Positions 24,641 through 38,056 of a stretch of DNA of 64,000 nt are shown here, in pieces. Each line of letters opens with the position of its first letter. Position 1 is the first letter of the stretch. A program made the position numbers and the translations under genes. The stretch lies in contig CM120649.1 of the NCBI GenBank assembly GCA_051362555.1, positions 12,896,001 to 12,960,000 of the forward strand, read 5' to 3'. The notes below the pieces were generated by a model. It was not told where the DNA came from and did not search any database. It saw only the letters and a program-made list of their open reading frames with translations. The DNA comes from Lingula anatina (Eukaryota; Animalia; Brachiopoda).

Positions 24641-26309
24641 GAAGTAACTTCAGTCTTCTACTTTAAATATTGTACTCCAAATATCCAACAAAATCCGCTA
24701 ATGTTTCAAGAGAAAGTATCCAGTTTGCATTGCTAAGCCTCCTTTTAAATCCAACAACTTGAAGCATACCTCATAATACTTCATCAAAACACCACTTCTC
24801 CCAAATACAATCCAATGTTGAAGAATCCTCTTCTGACACAAATGCTGCAATTTTTTTATAATCACTCCACACAAATATTCCCTTCGACCTCAAAGTTGTT
24901 TTTACTCGATAAATGAAAACTTTGCATGCAGATAAAGTATTGCCTTTTTCTAATCATAACATGATCCGGTGCCTCGGAATTTTCTAGAAACATCAATATT
25001 CTGTTGCCTTCAGTCTTACTTTAAAATAATCCCATCTTTCAATTCATCCATTTGGTTCTCTACACCCGACTGGCTTCTAGGTGTATAACCATCACAGCAT
25101 AGAGCAGCTTTGAAACCTGGTGACGTAATCTCAAACAAGAAAAAGAAAAAAAAAAAAAAAAGAGCCAAGATATACATCCCCTGCTGTTGCCATTTTCCAG
25201 TTACAGGTAAAACAAAGTATCCAACTGTTCACAAAGTGCGTCAATTGCCAATAGCAAACAAAACATCCCAATATCTGTGAAAATCGGAACAGGTGAACCC
25301 AACACTATTTCACACAAATCTAATTCCTTATTTCTCAGAGGTAAAACAGAATGTCATCCAATTCCCCCCACAGGCACAGAAACAGCCAACTATGTACAGG
25401 GCTCCAGTCGTGGGAATCTATTTCGAAATCCATACTTTATGAAAGTTGTCTCCAATTCTTCAATAAGCTTCACAAAAAAGAAATGTTCAGACAAGTCTTA
25501 AAGCTCTCAGAAGTCCAGACTATCTAAAGAGCACTGGCTCAGACTTTTCACTGGGTAAGTTACATCACTACAGATAAAAAAGCTTCCCGGCATCCCATAT
25601 TACAATAATAACACTCAGGACTCGAGGGCAACTTGACCTTCTTGTCTTACAATCCTCAGATAGAATTCATTCTAGTGCTGGAACAGTCAAATTTTTTCCC
25701 TTGTCTATTTTAATTTTTTTGTTTTCAAATCTGCCTTAGTCTGCGTTCACACCAGGCCTACCTTAGACAGATAAGAGACCAAATGACATCACCAGTCTGC
25801 CAGATTACACAAGGACTGCCATCATCACACTTAAACCTTGTGAAACTATTGGTGCATCAGTTTTTACCTCAGAGAAAAAGATGATATACCAAGTCCAGCA
25901 ACATTTTTATCTTCAGGGTGTATCAAAGACTATATCCTATTGCTTGACCATAGACACTGACAGAATAAAAGCCCTCATTGGCCAAAGTGTTCTCGATCAC
26001 AAATACTGCGTTCATCGTCAAAGCTTAAATAAGGTCTACTGAAAATAACAGCAACCTTTACTGAAGATGCACACTTGCTATTGAACACGCAGAAGTTCAC
26101 TCAAATTATCTAATTATTTTGCAATTAAAGAAACCCCTGGCTGCAGAATTAGGTGTAATAACTAAACCCAGCTGATATTCCACCTGGTGGCTCGGTATTT
26201 TGTAAGTAAATTAAAGATTCTCCAGCAGCGCTGCTACTGACATATAGAATTCTGATATCACATCTGTCTGATGAGTGAGATAATGGTGTCTCTATTATCT
26301 TGTTTTAAT

Positions 26310-26497
26310 CCTCCATCCTCTTCTCTCCATTTTTCATTTGTGTTCTCTTTTTTTCTATACCTCCTTGACATTACTCTGTTTGTCTTCTCCTCCCCTCCCC
26401 CTTCTCTCCTCTCCCTTCCTTTCTCTCTCTCCTTTTTCCCTTCCTTCTTCCCTCCCTCTCTCTCTCTCTCTTCTCCTTTTCCCCTTCCTTCCTTCCT

Positions 26498-26535
<38 letters not shown>

Positions 26536-26545
26536 CCACCCTTTA
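26310..26545 (+). repeat. Polypyrimidine low-complexity tract ending in (CT)n
   Basis: Almost all C/T over ~230 bp; produces spurious ORFs on both strands. Confidence 0.9.
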
Positions 26546-29500
26546 GCAGGCATGATACCAAGGTACAATCAAACTGTCCTTCACAATGAGCCTGTTCATC
26601 CCAACTGACAATTTTGCAAGAAAAAAATATTATAATGCAAATAACAGAATAATGATGTAAAAACAGTGATACTTTCTATTGCTAATAAATTGAAACTTAA
26701 TGTTAGGAAACATTACAATGTTGGTTCTTTTGTGAAAAAATAAGATGCCTACATAACCCACTGTCTTTATTTTTTGTATTTTTGTCCCTCTCACCTTCTC
26801 TTACCCAAAATCTGTCAAACAGGTGTAAGAGGCATGCACTTCCTTATGTAATGTGGCAACTGTGTTAATAGAATATGTGTTATTCAGATAAATATCCTGC
26901 TGCATCTGGAAGTCTTAAAACCATCACATCAAACACAAGGCTGTTATCTCAGATGCTTGCAGGGCTCTTTTTTCTCTCTCATTTTTTTATGTGTGTGTGC
27001 TCAAGCTTTGTTTAATTTATCACTTTCCAAATATTGTGAAACTTCTGAGTCTGTACATGTATCAGGAGAATAAGCTTTTTACAAGTTTTTTTCCCTGCTA
27101 TCTGTTATTACATCTCACTTGTTTTACAACTCAGATTTTGCGAGAAAAAAAGGTAATTTGTTCTCTTTTTGCTGTGTAATCTGACAGTAATTTCCTCCAT
27201 CTAATTGTTTAGATAGAACACAAATCTTTTTTTTTTGCCATTTTATACAAACATGTGTACACCCACACACAAACAAGATAAAACTGCAGAAGAAAACACT
27301 TTTAATGACAAAATTAAATGAACTTAAAAATTCATCTCTACTGAGTGTCTATTTTTCACTAATCAAAAATAAATCACAGCATGAAAAGCCACCTTCAAAG
27401 CTCAAATAATACTCCATTGCTCCTAGAGTGCAAAAATTCACATGAGAAACTTTGAAACTGGTCAGTAAAGTCAACACTGCAATCTGTGCACTCTCTCTGT
27501 GAGGTCCATCACACTTTCAGAGACACCCTGATAAAAACAACTGATGGTAACGCCTTGCGAGATAGAAGTTGTCAAATTTCAGCGATTACAAATGCTGACA
27601 CATGGTGACACCTCCGAAAGAATGCCAGATTTGAGCTGAACTCTGCTTTTGTTTTGAAAAACAAACAAACAAACAAACAAATCTAGAAACAGTGGTGTAT
27701 ACAAGTGTGACATGCCTACATATAAATAAACACCATATTATCAGACATACAGTGGTATAGATATAAGAACACAAATATTGTAACTATTGGGTAGAAGCAT
27801 TTCTTACTTTTTTTTGTATATTAATGCAAACTGTTTTTACTTAACATGCAAAACACTAATGAGTCAAAGAAACTATAAGGCTACAATTAAGACAGACTTT
27901 CAATTTGACTGTTTTTGTGAGATAAAGTTCCAATATTAGACTTCATGTAACATGTATTAGTTGAGTCCAAGTAGACAACTTAAGTCCCTAAGTGTAGTCC
28001 CTTTGTAGTCACACTGACTATACCTATATATTCCAATGACAATACATTAGCAATGAAGACACACAGGTACAGCAGCAGCTCCCAAATGTCAAACAACTCA
28101 TTTATCTCAATATCAAAATTAAACAAGACTTATCATTATAATTGCACAAAGAAACATTTTTATCATTCATTAACAAATATTTGGAACCATTTTTTAGATA
28201 TCCTGATAATCAAGAACAGAAGATTTTTTTTTTTGTACTTTCTACATCATAACCATACGGAGCATTACACAAGCATATGTTTTATTTCCCTTGTGGATTA
28301 CAGAGCTTTGAACTCATCGATATTCCATTTTGCCTTTTTGATGGTACATGTTGGTACAATGTTACATGAATTTAATTAGAAATCACTGGTATTTTTTCTT
28401 CTTACTTGTTTGATAGGCTAATTGCTGATATTATTTAGTGAAGAATGACCGTCATTCATATCACATTTATTAATTAATAATGCCTAACACATACAGAATT
28501 TTTTTTCCTTTTATTCTCAACAGAAAATCAAGTAAATCAGTTAAAAATGTACATTTCTTTTAAGGAAATAAATTTTAATTATTTTTTCTACTAAACAAAT
28601 TACACAAATGGAAATAACCTGAAAGAAAAAAATGTTATCAACCAGAAATCATGTAAATAAATCATTATTTCAATGGTATCGGAATGGTGTGCAAAGTAAA
28701 CACCCGGCAGCGTCCATTCCCTTGACTGCCCTGACCCCTGGTGTCAACTAGGTTCTAATAACAAGATTAACCAATGATTATGGATTAACCCCCGGTATTA
28801 CCACCTTATCGAAGGGATTAATTAAGTCACACACCTTTGGTGTGGCTTTGAGGCCTGGCACCATGTTTTGACTAGTAACCAGTCCAAACAAATTTCATTG
28901 ATTTCTGGAAACTGGATTAAAGAAAAAAAAATGTTAGTGGCACTTAATGCAAATATCTTTTTTTTTTTTTTTTATTATCATGTGATATTTTATGTCTTGT
29001 TTCCTCAGGGGAACCCTTTTATGATCTAAACTCAGTGATCCGAATATTCTTTCTTCATTTGCTTTGAAGTTAATTTGATGATCTGTTAATGCTAACTATT
29101 CTATCTGATAATTTGTTCATTTCTTTAACTTTTTTTTCCGTATCTCTTCATTTTTTGCCTGCTTCATAATATCTCATATCTTTCTGCTGGAATTCCTCCC
29201 ATAAGCTATCCTGATCCCTCTTTCCTGTGGCTGATCCTTCATTCATGCTTTTTATCTCTAATAGGGTAACATTTGATCACATCTCTCTCTCTCTCTCTCA
29301 TAACAGCCATCTTATATTTCTTTTTTCCTCACAATACAACCTTATTAATAAGATTATAAACATATCATGGATAGAGGCACAATTTCTTTTCGCCACTTTT
29401 CCCATCCTGCTTCAACCCCACCCCCATTCACCTAGAGCCTTATGTCAACTCCATTTCTTTCAGTGCATCTGCAATCCTGCATGCTGATGACCAAAATTCC

Positions 29501-29725
29501 AATCCAGATACGAATTGATAACTTTAGATTACTCAGTATATCACTACGGTCAGTTGTAATAATCCTATTTGTACGCTGTCATGGAATCTTGCACCGTGTT
29601 GTTTGCCAAAGGATCAACATAGCTGTGAGAAATGCTGCTGGTGTATAGAACTGGACACTATCGTGGCAGTATTGTGGGCTTTGGACAAGTAATACTGCAT
29701 GTCGTGAAAACCATCTCCAACATAA

Positions 29726-29741
29726 ACACACACACACACAC

Positions 29742-29791
<50 letters not shown>
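29726..29791 (+). repeat. Compound (AC)n(AG)n microsatellite
   Basis: Directly visible. Confidence 0.95.
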
Positions 29792-29794
<3 letters not shown>

Positions 29795-29848
29795 GATGTG
29801 CAGTCCTTATTCCCTTATTGAAATTTCTCAGAATATAAACAGAAAATC

Positions 29849-29919
<71 letters not shown>

Positions 29920-29920
29920 A
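29849..29920 (+). repeat. (TAAA)n microsatellite, about 18 units
   Basis: Directly visible. Confidence 0.95.
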
Positions 29921-31554
29921 AACTGGAAAGAGTTCAATGGAATCAGGTTGAGCAGGAATTGGCTCCATAGTTCATAATCAGTTCTAAAGTCTGAACATAA
30001 ACACATAAACATAACACATTCATGTCCAATCCTGGTCAGTTTTTCTCCCATGTGAACACGGCAACATCTTAAAGCGAACATGACACAGTTTAGCCCATTT
30101 CCAGTCAACTTCCGTCCTGTGTGACCATGCCCCAATATTTTACGTGACCAGGGCTGGCTATCTATTCCAAGGGTGATATATCACAGGCAGAGGCCACTAT
30201 TACACTTATCTTCTGATTTATTCCCATAACTCCTCCTTAAACTAACATTGATGGGGCACACTTTTGATAAAACGGATACATTGGTAGTGTTATTATACTC
30301 ATCAAAGTTCTTAATTCCACTCCCCCCCACTTATAATTAGCTTGCCCCCTGTCATATTACGTAAATTGATATATTTTTCATTTTATCACAATCATTAGGA
30401 AAGGTTAATGAGTTATGCCTCAATGTTATGAAAATGTCATCTTGATGACAGAAAAATTGAGGCACCTTATCAAAGTTGAGCCAATATTAGCGAACTTTCA
30501 GAGATAATTTGGTGTATATATGCAAACATGGTGTGGTCGTAGTTATTATCATGACAAAATAATATCTTTTCCTGTGTTCTGATATGTTATCATATAGATG
30601 AAAAAATTGATGAATTTTCAGTTAACAATGTGTGAAATTCTTTCTTCTTGTTACTGAGATGGTTGTATATTTGATACAAATGACAAATCATATGATATCA
30701 GATAACAGTTATAAGTTATTAAAATTTTCATCATCAAGCTAAAGATGGTTCTCTAAATGATAAAACTGATCATTAATTTTGCTAGCATTATCATCAGTCA
30801 TTTACATTTATAGGGAGAGACAGCAAATTGCTTTTGGCTCGTTGCAATCTTTTTATAGATTAAAATACAATGAAAAGTTTCAGACATACAATCACTCCAC
30901 TCATTTTTTACATACATGCCACACCCAGGGTTCCAATAACATACAGTTCTGTCCAGTAAAGCCATAACATTACAATTTTTTATTCTTTTTTAAGTGATTT
31001 CTTGATTTTCTAAAATTATTTTAATTTTTGATCAATATGTATGAAATGCATGGAATAAACCATAAATCATATTTAAAGCTAGGAGTTGGAAAGTGAGGGA
31101 TGGAAATAAAAACATCCAACAGACACCAAGAGGGTAAACATAGAGGGAGTAATAAACATTTTCAATTCACCATGCAGACATTCTTAAAATGTCCAAGAAT
31201 TATCAGTTGTTTTAGAAATCATGATAATGAATTCTAAATGTTTTTGCTGATCACTTAATATACTGAATAACAAAGAACGGTTTTCCTGAAAGAAAAAAGG
31301 TATACAATTTCTCTTTTCGTTAAAAAAAATGCATAAGACACAAGGCTCACACAAACATACCTAACATGTTCCCTGTGACTTGGGCAAATACTTAAGCTCG
31401 TAATTCAGAATTTAAAACTTTTTTTACAAACATGTGACAGATCGAACTTGATTGGGCAATTTTGGAACTCTGGTTTAAAAAGAAAAGAGAGCTGGTGTGA
31501 GCCCTGTTGCGTGAAAAAGAAAAAAAATTCATTGATAAACATGCAGACACTTAC

Positions 31555-32657
31555 CTGAGTAAACACCTCATCCTCATCCTCAGTCTGGAACATGGCCGTT
31601 GTCATCTGCTCTCGAGAAAGCCTCCTACTGACTTCATTCAAAGTGTCCACACTGCTGGACTTTTCACTACCCTTCCCTTTCATCTCCTCCCATTGTTTCA
31701 AAATGACGCTCTCTTCGATGCACGGAAGGGAGGCCGACCTATAACTCCTTGGAAAAGTGGATCGGCCAATCAGGGAGTAGCGTGGTGAGCTGAGACCCGA
31801 TTTCAAAGAAGGCGAAGTTGGCTGAGTCTGCGAACTTGCAGACGTGTCTTGGTTAACTGGGGAAGCAGTATGTGGCAAAGCAGTGTCATTACTGGAAGCA
31901 TTAGCATAGATGGCAGCATTGGTATAACTGCCATCAACTTCTGAGGACAATTTCTTACAAAATTGCTGCAGATCATCACTGAGGGTCTCTGGGGGTGCAC
32001 TATTTCTTCTCAAACCTGAGAAATGTCTCAAATCTCGGTACTGCTTGGGAGCAACATCGAGTTCACTGTCTGTGCCCCTACGACCTTGACCCTCATAGTC
32101 CTCGCTGGACACACTATTTAAGCTTAGCTGGCTAGAACTACAGGAGCCGCTCATATACTTGAGCTTTGTTGACCGACACTGGTCAGTTGAACTACGGCCA
32201 CTACTGGCCTCGCTTGTGGATGAGGATGACCTTGCAGAAGAGCTGGTCGATACTACATCTGATCTACCACACAAAGAGCTGTCCATATTATTGGACATTG
32301 TTGAAGTGGAAGTGACTGTACTCAGATTACCATCACATGTGTCCGCTGAAGTGGTGGTCACTACAGATCCTTGACCACTCCTCTTCACCTCCTGGTGGCC
32401 ATCTTTGCTTGGACTTGTAGTGTCTCGCCTGAGAGATGCAAACCCAACATTTCTACGCATGGAGCCACGCAGTCCTGAAGTGGTCGCAAAGCGAGGAAGT
32501 TTCGACTCATGCTCTGCTGCCGATGACAGGCTCGGTGAGCTGACAGATTTGGCTGGGGATTGGCCGACTTCAGAGTTTGATGAGCGCTGCAAATTCTCGT
32601 GGTTCTCCTCCCGTAGTAGCGCCACTGTTGGGTTTTGGACTTGTTTGACTTTGACTC
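31555..32657 (-). CDS. Large minus-strand gene, coding exon 6 (1103 nt; Ser-rich, PKA/14-3-3 motif-rich; phase 1 in, phase 0 out)
   Basis: Acceptor gtgtatttcag|GAG, donor CAG|GTAAGT after EDEDEVFTQ; in frame with the 406-aa ORF and phase-compatible with the exon ending at 33019. Confidence 0.9.
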
Positions 32658-33018
32658 CTGAAATACACAGTATAAACTATAAATACACTGTGAATATCTG
32701 TGTGCTTCTATTTCCACTATGTACCTAAGCAATCAAAACCCACTGCCCATTCACTCACTGAGATGGAGCCTCGACAAAATTCCTCAAGAGTGGAAATCAA
32801 CCAATCAAATCCTAGAGCAGTATCAAGTACTGATACTGTTATTCCGGCATTATGGCATTCACACTTTCAAAGCGCCCGTCCCAAAGTGTTGACTCGGCTA
32901 TTAGGGGAGCTGACAGTCTCTAGACTAATCACCTTATCACGGACTTGGGCCTTTATCTGAGCCTTATCTGGGACACGTTTGTTAAGGAATCAATCACAGA
33001 ATAAAGAGCTATACTCAC

Positions 33019-33198
33019 TTTGATCTGCTTGGTTCGAAGCATTGGACGTTGTTGTGCTGATATTTTGATTGGGCGACATTCCACCCCTCCTTAATCGATC
33101 ATTCTCTTCTTGGTGTACGTTACCCACTGGCTCTGCTGAAAGCTGTTGATCTTTGGCGGTCATTGCTGCTGCTGTTGCCGTCGTTGCGGTATTGTTGC
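33019..33198 (-). CDS. Large minus-strand gene, coding exon 5 (180 nt, phase 1-1)
   Basis: Acceptor tttttctctcag|GC, donor AAA|GTGAGT; open frame GNNTATTATAAAM...NQADQ. Confidence 0.85.
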
Positions 33199-35949
33199 CT
33201 GAGAGAAAAAATGTTACAGAATTATGTCCATGTTTCAGTACCAGAGGCATGCATTCAAAGAATCCAACCCCCCTTCACACACAGTGCTCTCTTTGGCTTC
33301 ACAAAGTTACTTCTTCCTGTGGCAATTATGTACTCTGTAAAGATCTAAAAACCTTAATCCGAACACTCGTTGATTTCCACGTAACAAGTGCCCAGGTTTG
33401 ATGAGGAGTTAATCCTCACTTTTAAAATCTTAAAATGCACTCAAATACAAAACCCCACAAATCCAAGGTGCTCTTGTTATTAGGAACCCATGTCCTTTTC
33501 AACTTACCCAAAATCTAATCCTTTATATCTTAATTGAAAAAACACCCAACATTTATTTAATCTCGCAAATTTGAAGATAGCCGAACTGGGAACTTAGTTA
33601 TGAAGTACGTAAGTGTGTCCTTTTGATATCACTAAATACTAATCTTCAATTTTCAAAGAGGAAAAGGGTCTCTCAGTGTTAAACCGCAAAGATTTAAGAG
33701 TTTTTGAACATGAATTTTTTGTTATTCTCCAATCCAACTTAATCCCCCTGACGTCCTAATTGCAAAAACCAACTCAATATCAAAACCCACAAATCTGCCT
33801 AAGGTCCATTGAATGTTGTATCTCTATGTTATTCTATATCTCAATTAGGCGCCTTAAAGTGACCAGATTAAACACTATGAATTTATCCGGGGGTTTGCTA
33901 GCTGCTATCTGAAGTTTTTGTCCATTTTTCATGATTAAGCTCTCAAGCTACCTAGCGCAGAACAAGCCCTTGACACATTTATTGCGAGGGTGTTTAAGTA
34001 GTATTAAGAGAAGGGACTACTATACAAGGCTACTCTTTTGCTTTGAGGATTAAAAGACTTAAACATACATGTGACTTTTACAAGTAATTTATAACAGAAA
34101 TGTTGCCCTAGCAGAAAAATAAAATTTTCGGAATTTCTAAAAAGTGTTTCTTTTCTTCTTATATGCATTAAAAACTTGTAGAATCAGAATTTCAAAGGGA
34201 TATTATTATAACTGGGACTGGTTTTTCTATAGGGCCTAAGAGTGGGTTTAATTGGCTAAGCTTTCTTGTCCTTTCATTTATAAAGAATAAACTAAAATTT
34301 TAACCAAAATTATGCAGAGATTGTACTCTTTTCAATTACAATTATAAAATGGCTTTAATCTGTTTAACTTAAATAAAGGATCCAGAAATCTGTTGAGGAT
34401 GACTCTTCTTAACTTTTGAAGTATGTCCTACATTAAATCATCTTCAAATAAAGTATACAACTGTACATGTGGTAGAAGTTAGTTACTGTTTCTAGGGTGG
34501 CTGATAGTTTTTTTAAAAATATCTCTGTGACACTTTTCTGAGATGAGCTTAAAAAGAAATACCATTGGTCAATAAATTCTTTGTCATTTACTTGCAGAAA
34601 CTTGATAATTTCAATCTTTTTGTTTGTTTGTTTGCTTGTTTGTTTGTTTGTTTGTGTGCTAACAAGTGTGTGAAAGTGGCATACAAAAAAAAAAAACTAA
34701 AATGGAAAAAAAATCAAAGTACTTTCTATTCTGCTTGTAAAGACATAGACGGGTTCTCTGTGGTTCTTTTCTACATGATCTAAACTGCTTTTTTACAATG
34801 AACTCATTCCCTGACTATCTAATGCTTGTCAAATAAGACCTACCCCCTGGCAAGTTTTTTCTTCCATCATATCTTCTGACAAAATAATATACCCTATCGG
34901 GACATAACGTTAACAAATGAAATTTTCCAGTTACCCGCTACAAAAAGTAAACACTGATCACGTGCCAGCGATTAATGATCTCCCAGTTTGTGTCCTCTGT
35001 CAATTTGGTCGCGTGATTAAATGTAATGGCATACCAGAGCATTCCGTCTTTTGTCCCATCTTTTGTCCCGGAGTCATGACGACATTTATAAATGGAAAAC
35101 CAAATTTGGTAATTGAATTTGCAATACTTAAACATCATGAAAATTCAATTGCCAACCGAAATCCTGGCATGTTACACAACAAAAAAATGGAATTTTAGTA
35201 TTCCAAAGTGGCATTCCAAAGCTTTGCTTGGTCACCAAAGTTTCATAGCATAAATTCAAAATTTTCAGATGACTTCATCTTTCTGAGAAGTTATTACCTT
35301 CAAAGTATAATATTTTCATTTTTAAAAGAATTTGAGTAAATTTACAGTCCAAGATGTCAAACTGCATAAAGATCGATTTCAAATCAATTATCAATCTACT
35401 TTTTCTGTAGATTATAGCAATGACATTTTCTTTTCTCCACATATGTTCCTATTTCTTATGCCCAAAAGACCCAGTCTTACACATCAGTCTTCTGGACACA
35501 AAATTTAATGAAAATGTGTAGAGTATAATGTCTAAATTAAGAAAATCATCAGTATGAAAACTAAATCATGGCATTAACAGGAGAAAACATTGTGAGTGCA
35601 AATTGTAAACAACCAATCAAACTCCCTAAGCTTCAACAGGTCTGATATTCCAATATCAAAACACGGATTTCCAAGTTTGAGATACAAAACATCTTTTGGG
35701 GTATCATAAACTAATTTCAAAAACTTGTGGGATTTCGAAATTCATATATTCATTCCACATAAGTCAACTCAGTGTGATAACATGAGAAGTGCAAAAATTA
35801 CCTATAAATTTATATGTGAAGTATTATACTATTATAGGTATAAATATAGACTTATCTTCCTCTAAAAATGAATGAAATTCTCAGGCTTAAAGTTATGACC
35901 AACTTTCAATCAGATTTCTTTGATATATCTGGTTTCTCTTCACCCTTAC

Positions 35950-36057
35950 CTAGCTCCCCCTTGTGATTGCTCTGCACCTCTGCTGAGGTGGCAACACCAC
36001 CTCCCGCGTCAACTTTCCCGTTTGGCAGCTTAGTTGAACCAAGTTTTGGAATTCCAT
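35950..36057 (-). CDS. Large minus-strand gene, coding exon 4 (108 nt, phase 1-1)
   Basis: Acceptor ttttctctccacag|AT, donor TAG|GTAAGG; open frame DGIPKLGSTKLPNGK...HKGEL. Confidence 0.85.
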   Translation of the reverse strand: MEFQNLVQLSCQTGKLTREVVLPPQQRCRAITRGS

Positions 36058-36910
36058 CTGTGGAGAGAAAAAAAATTATAATATTTTGTGACATTTTTTT
36101 CGTTGTTAAAACATAATGGAAAATAAAGTTTAGAATTTCATATCAATAATAAAGTTCTTTCCCTTTCAAGTACCCCTGGATGTACTATCTGTTTAACCCA
36201 AGGCGTACTACATGCAATAAGGTGTAAACTAGGTTAATGGATGGTACTTAACTAAATCCCAATATTGACAATCTATAAACATTTCAATCTCATAACATAA
36301 AGAAATTCCAATTTCACAGAAGCTAGGGCATATATGATCAAGTTCAGACAAGATTATACGTAGAACTGTTCCACATCTAAATTACATTGGAAAAATCAGT
36401 TCAAAGAGAATTGAATTATGTGGGAACCAAAGGACCACTGTGAGAGACAGGAATCGTAGACATTCCACCGTGCTTCAGACATTTAAATCACTGGCAATTT
36501 GGTGGCATTTTTAAGACCCAAAACGGTTCCCCTCTAAGTCTTGTCTGAACATGCCTCAAGATCCTTAATACTCTGTTAAATTTTAATTTTTAATGTTATG
36601 AGATTCAAGTTAAGGACATCCATAAACAAAAAGTACAAAGCAAGCACCTGGTCATGAAATCAACACAGGGGAGTTTATAATAATTTAATTGGGTACTCAA
36701 TTTACAGAAGAAATACAGAATATTAAATATAAATAACAAACTCAGCTTCAGCATTTCAAGTAGAAGGATACACAACATGAGTACAAGGCTTTGAGATAAA
36801 ATTAAATAGTTCAAGGTTATAACCCTCCTCCAAATTTCAAATTCAGAGTTTCCTCTCTCTCTCTCTCTCAACATCTGTCTCCCTCTCCCTTAGCTTCTTA
36901 ATCAACATCA

Positions 36911-36946
<36 letters not shown>

Positions 36947-37498
36947 CACACACGTGAACTGATAAAGATATCAATTACATAATTAATCAAATGATAGGAC
37001 TCAGACCAATCTATAACACACATGTGCTTGATGAGATGGCTACATGTATTGACTGTAGCTATGGACAAATACCAGTAGCTCTTGGATCCTGCTCCCAGTC
37101 CTTTTCACAACCCCAGACTAGAAGTCTATCTCCATTCCCAATACTAAAGCAGGGGAGACACTATTCTGAACGAACTTTAGGGTCTGTTCAGGACTAACTG
37201 ATCTGCAGATCATATATGGCTGACCCACTTGACAGTTTTCCACATAATCCCCTTATGGATTCCCAGTGGGGACTACATGGCAAAATTTTATTGGGTTTAA
37301 AGTTGGTCATCAATTTTAGACCAAAATTTTAGTCTCCTCTGAAAATTCAGATATAATCCACTTCAATTAAAGTATGCTACCCATTTTACAAAATGAGAAT
37401 AGCAAAAGCTTGGACTTAGTCCAAACCACAGAAGCCAAACATTTTTTTTTAAATTTCAGAACAAAACAAATTTCATTGCCATGTGTTTTCTGAAACAT

Positions 37499-38056
37499 TT
37501 AAGGGATGATAACTCTTCATTTTGTCAGGATAAGTGCCATAAAAAGGATTTTCCCAAGGTAAGCAACATCTTTCCCATACTTTACAATAAATGAATCCGT
37601 TCAGCAATACTTAGCTAGTCAATTGATTTTTGTAATAAAGGCTTCGTTCACATGAAAAATCTATTTTCTAAAAATCTATTTTCTATTCCCAGTATCTTGT
37701 GATCACGGTCTGTTCCCTGAATACCCCGTGGCGTAATTACTGGCAGCGCGAGCCAGTTACTTCCAAAGCTGTAATTAATTCTCGGCTGCGCTCAGAGTGA
37801 CCACAAGATACCGCGAATAGAAAATAGATTTTTAGAAAATAGATTTTTCATGTGAACGGAGTCAAACTCTTATTATGGAAATTGCCATCTATGAAGGTCC
37901 TCCTGGTCCAGTGGAAGTGGAAAGCACAGGTTTCAGAATTATTGCAATAACCGCCATTTTGGTAGTAAAATGGAATTTATCATATTTCTATGTGTTGTTT
38001 ACAATGTATTTATTGGGTAATTTTGAATCTCACATGATGGGTTGTTATCCCTTTAA
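37499..38056 (+). mobile_element. Kolobok-like non-autonomous element, copy A (interrupted by a MITE)
   Basis: TTAAGGGATGATAACTC ... GGGTTGTTATCCCTTTAA ends; homologous to 39161-39799 and 44619-44963. Confidence 0.75.
37640..37863. mobile_element. MITE with ~65 bp TIRs and AAA TSD (PIF/Harbinger-like), nested in Kolobok-like copy A
   Basis: GGCTTCGTTCACATGAAAAATCTATTTTCTAAAAATCTATTTTCTATTC versus GAATAGAAAATAGATTTTTAGAAAATAGATTTTTCATGTGAACGGAGTC; AAA on both sides. Confidence 0.9.

Noticed and set aside
26258-26589. ER-rich and SL/F-rich ORFs
   Set aside because: Artefacts of the polypyrimidine/(CT)n tract.
28500-28640. Strong minus-strand acceptor tttttttctttcag at ~28619 as the next exon after 31555
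   Set aside because: Followed by very AT-rich sequence, an early in-frame stop and no donor; an alternative terminal exon cannot be excluded.
30000-30135. Diverged ~69-bp tandem duplication seen as a repeated peptide in ORF 29848-30135
   Set aside because: Each unit ends like a Harbinger-type TIR (TGTGAACACGGC / TGTGACCATGCC), so these are probably MITE remnants rather than coding sequence.
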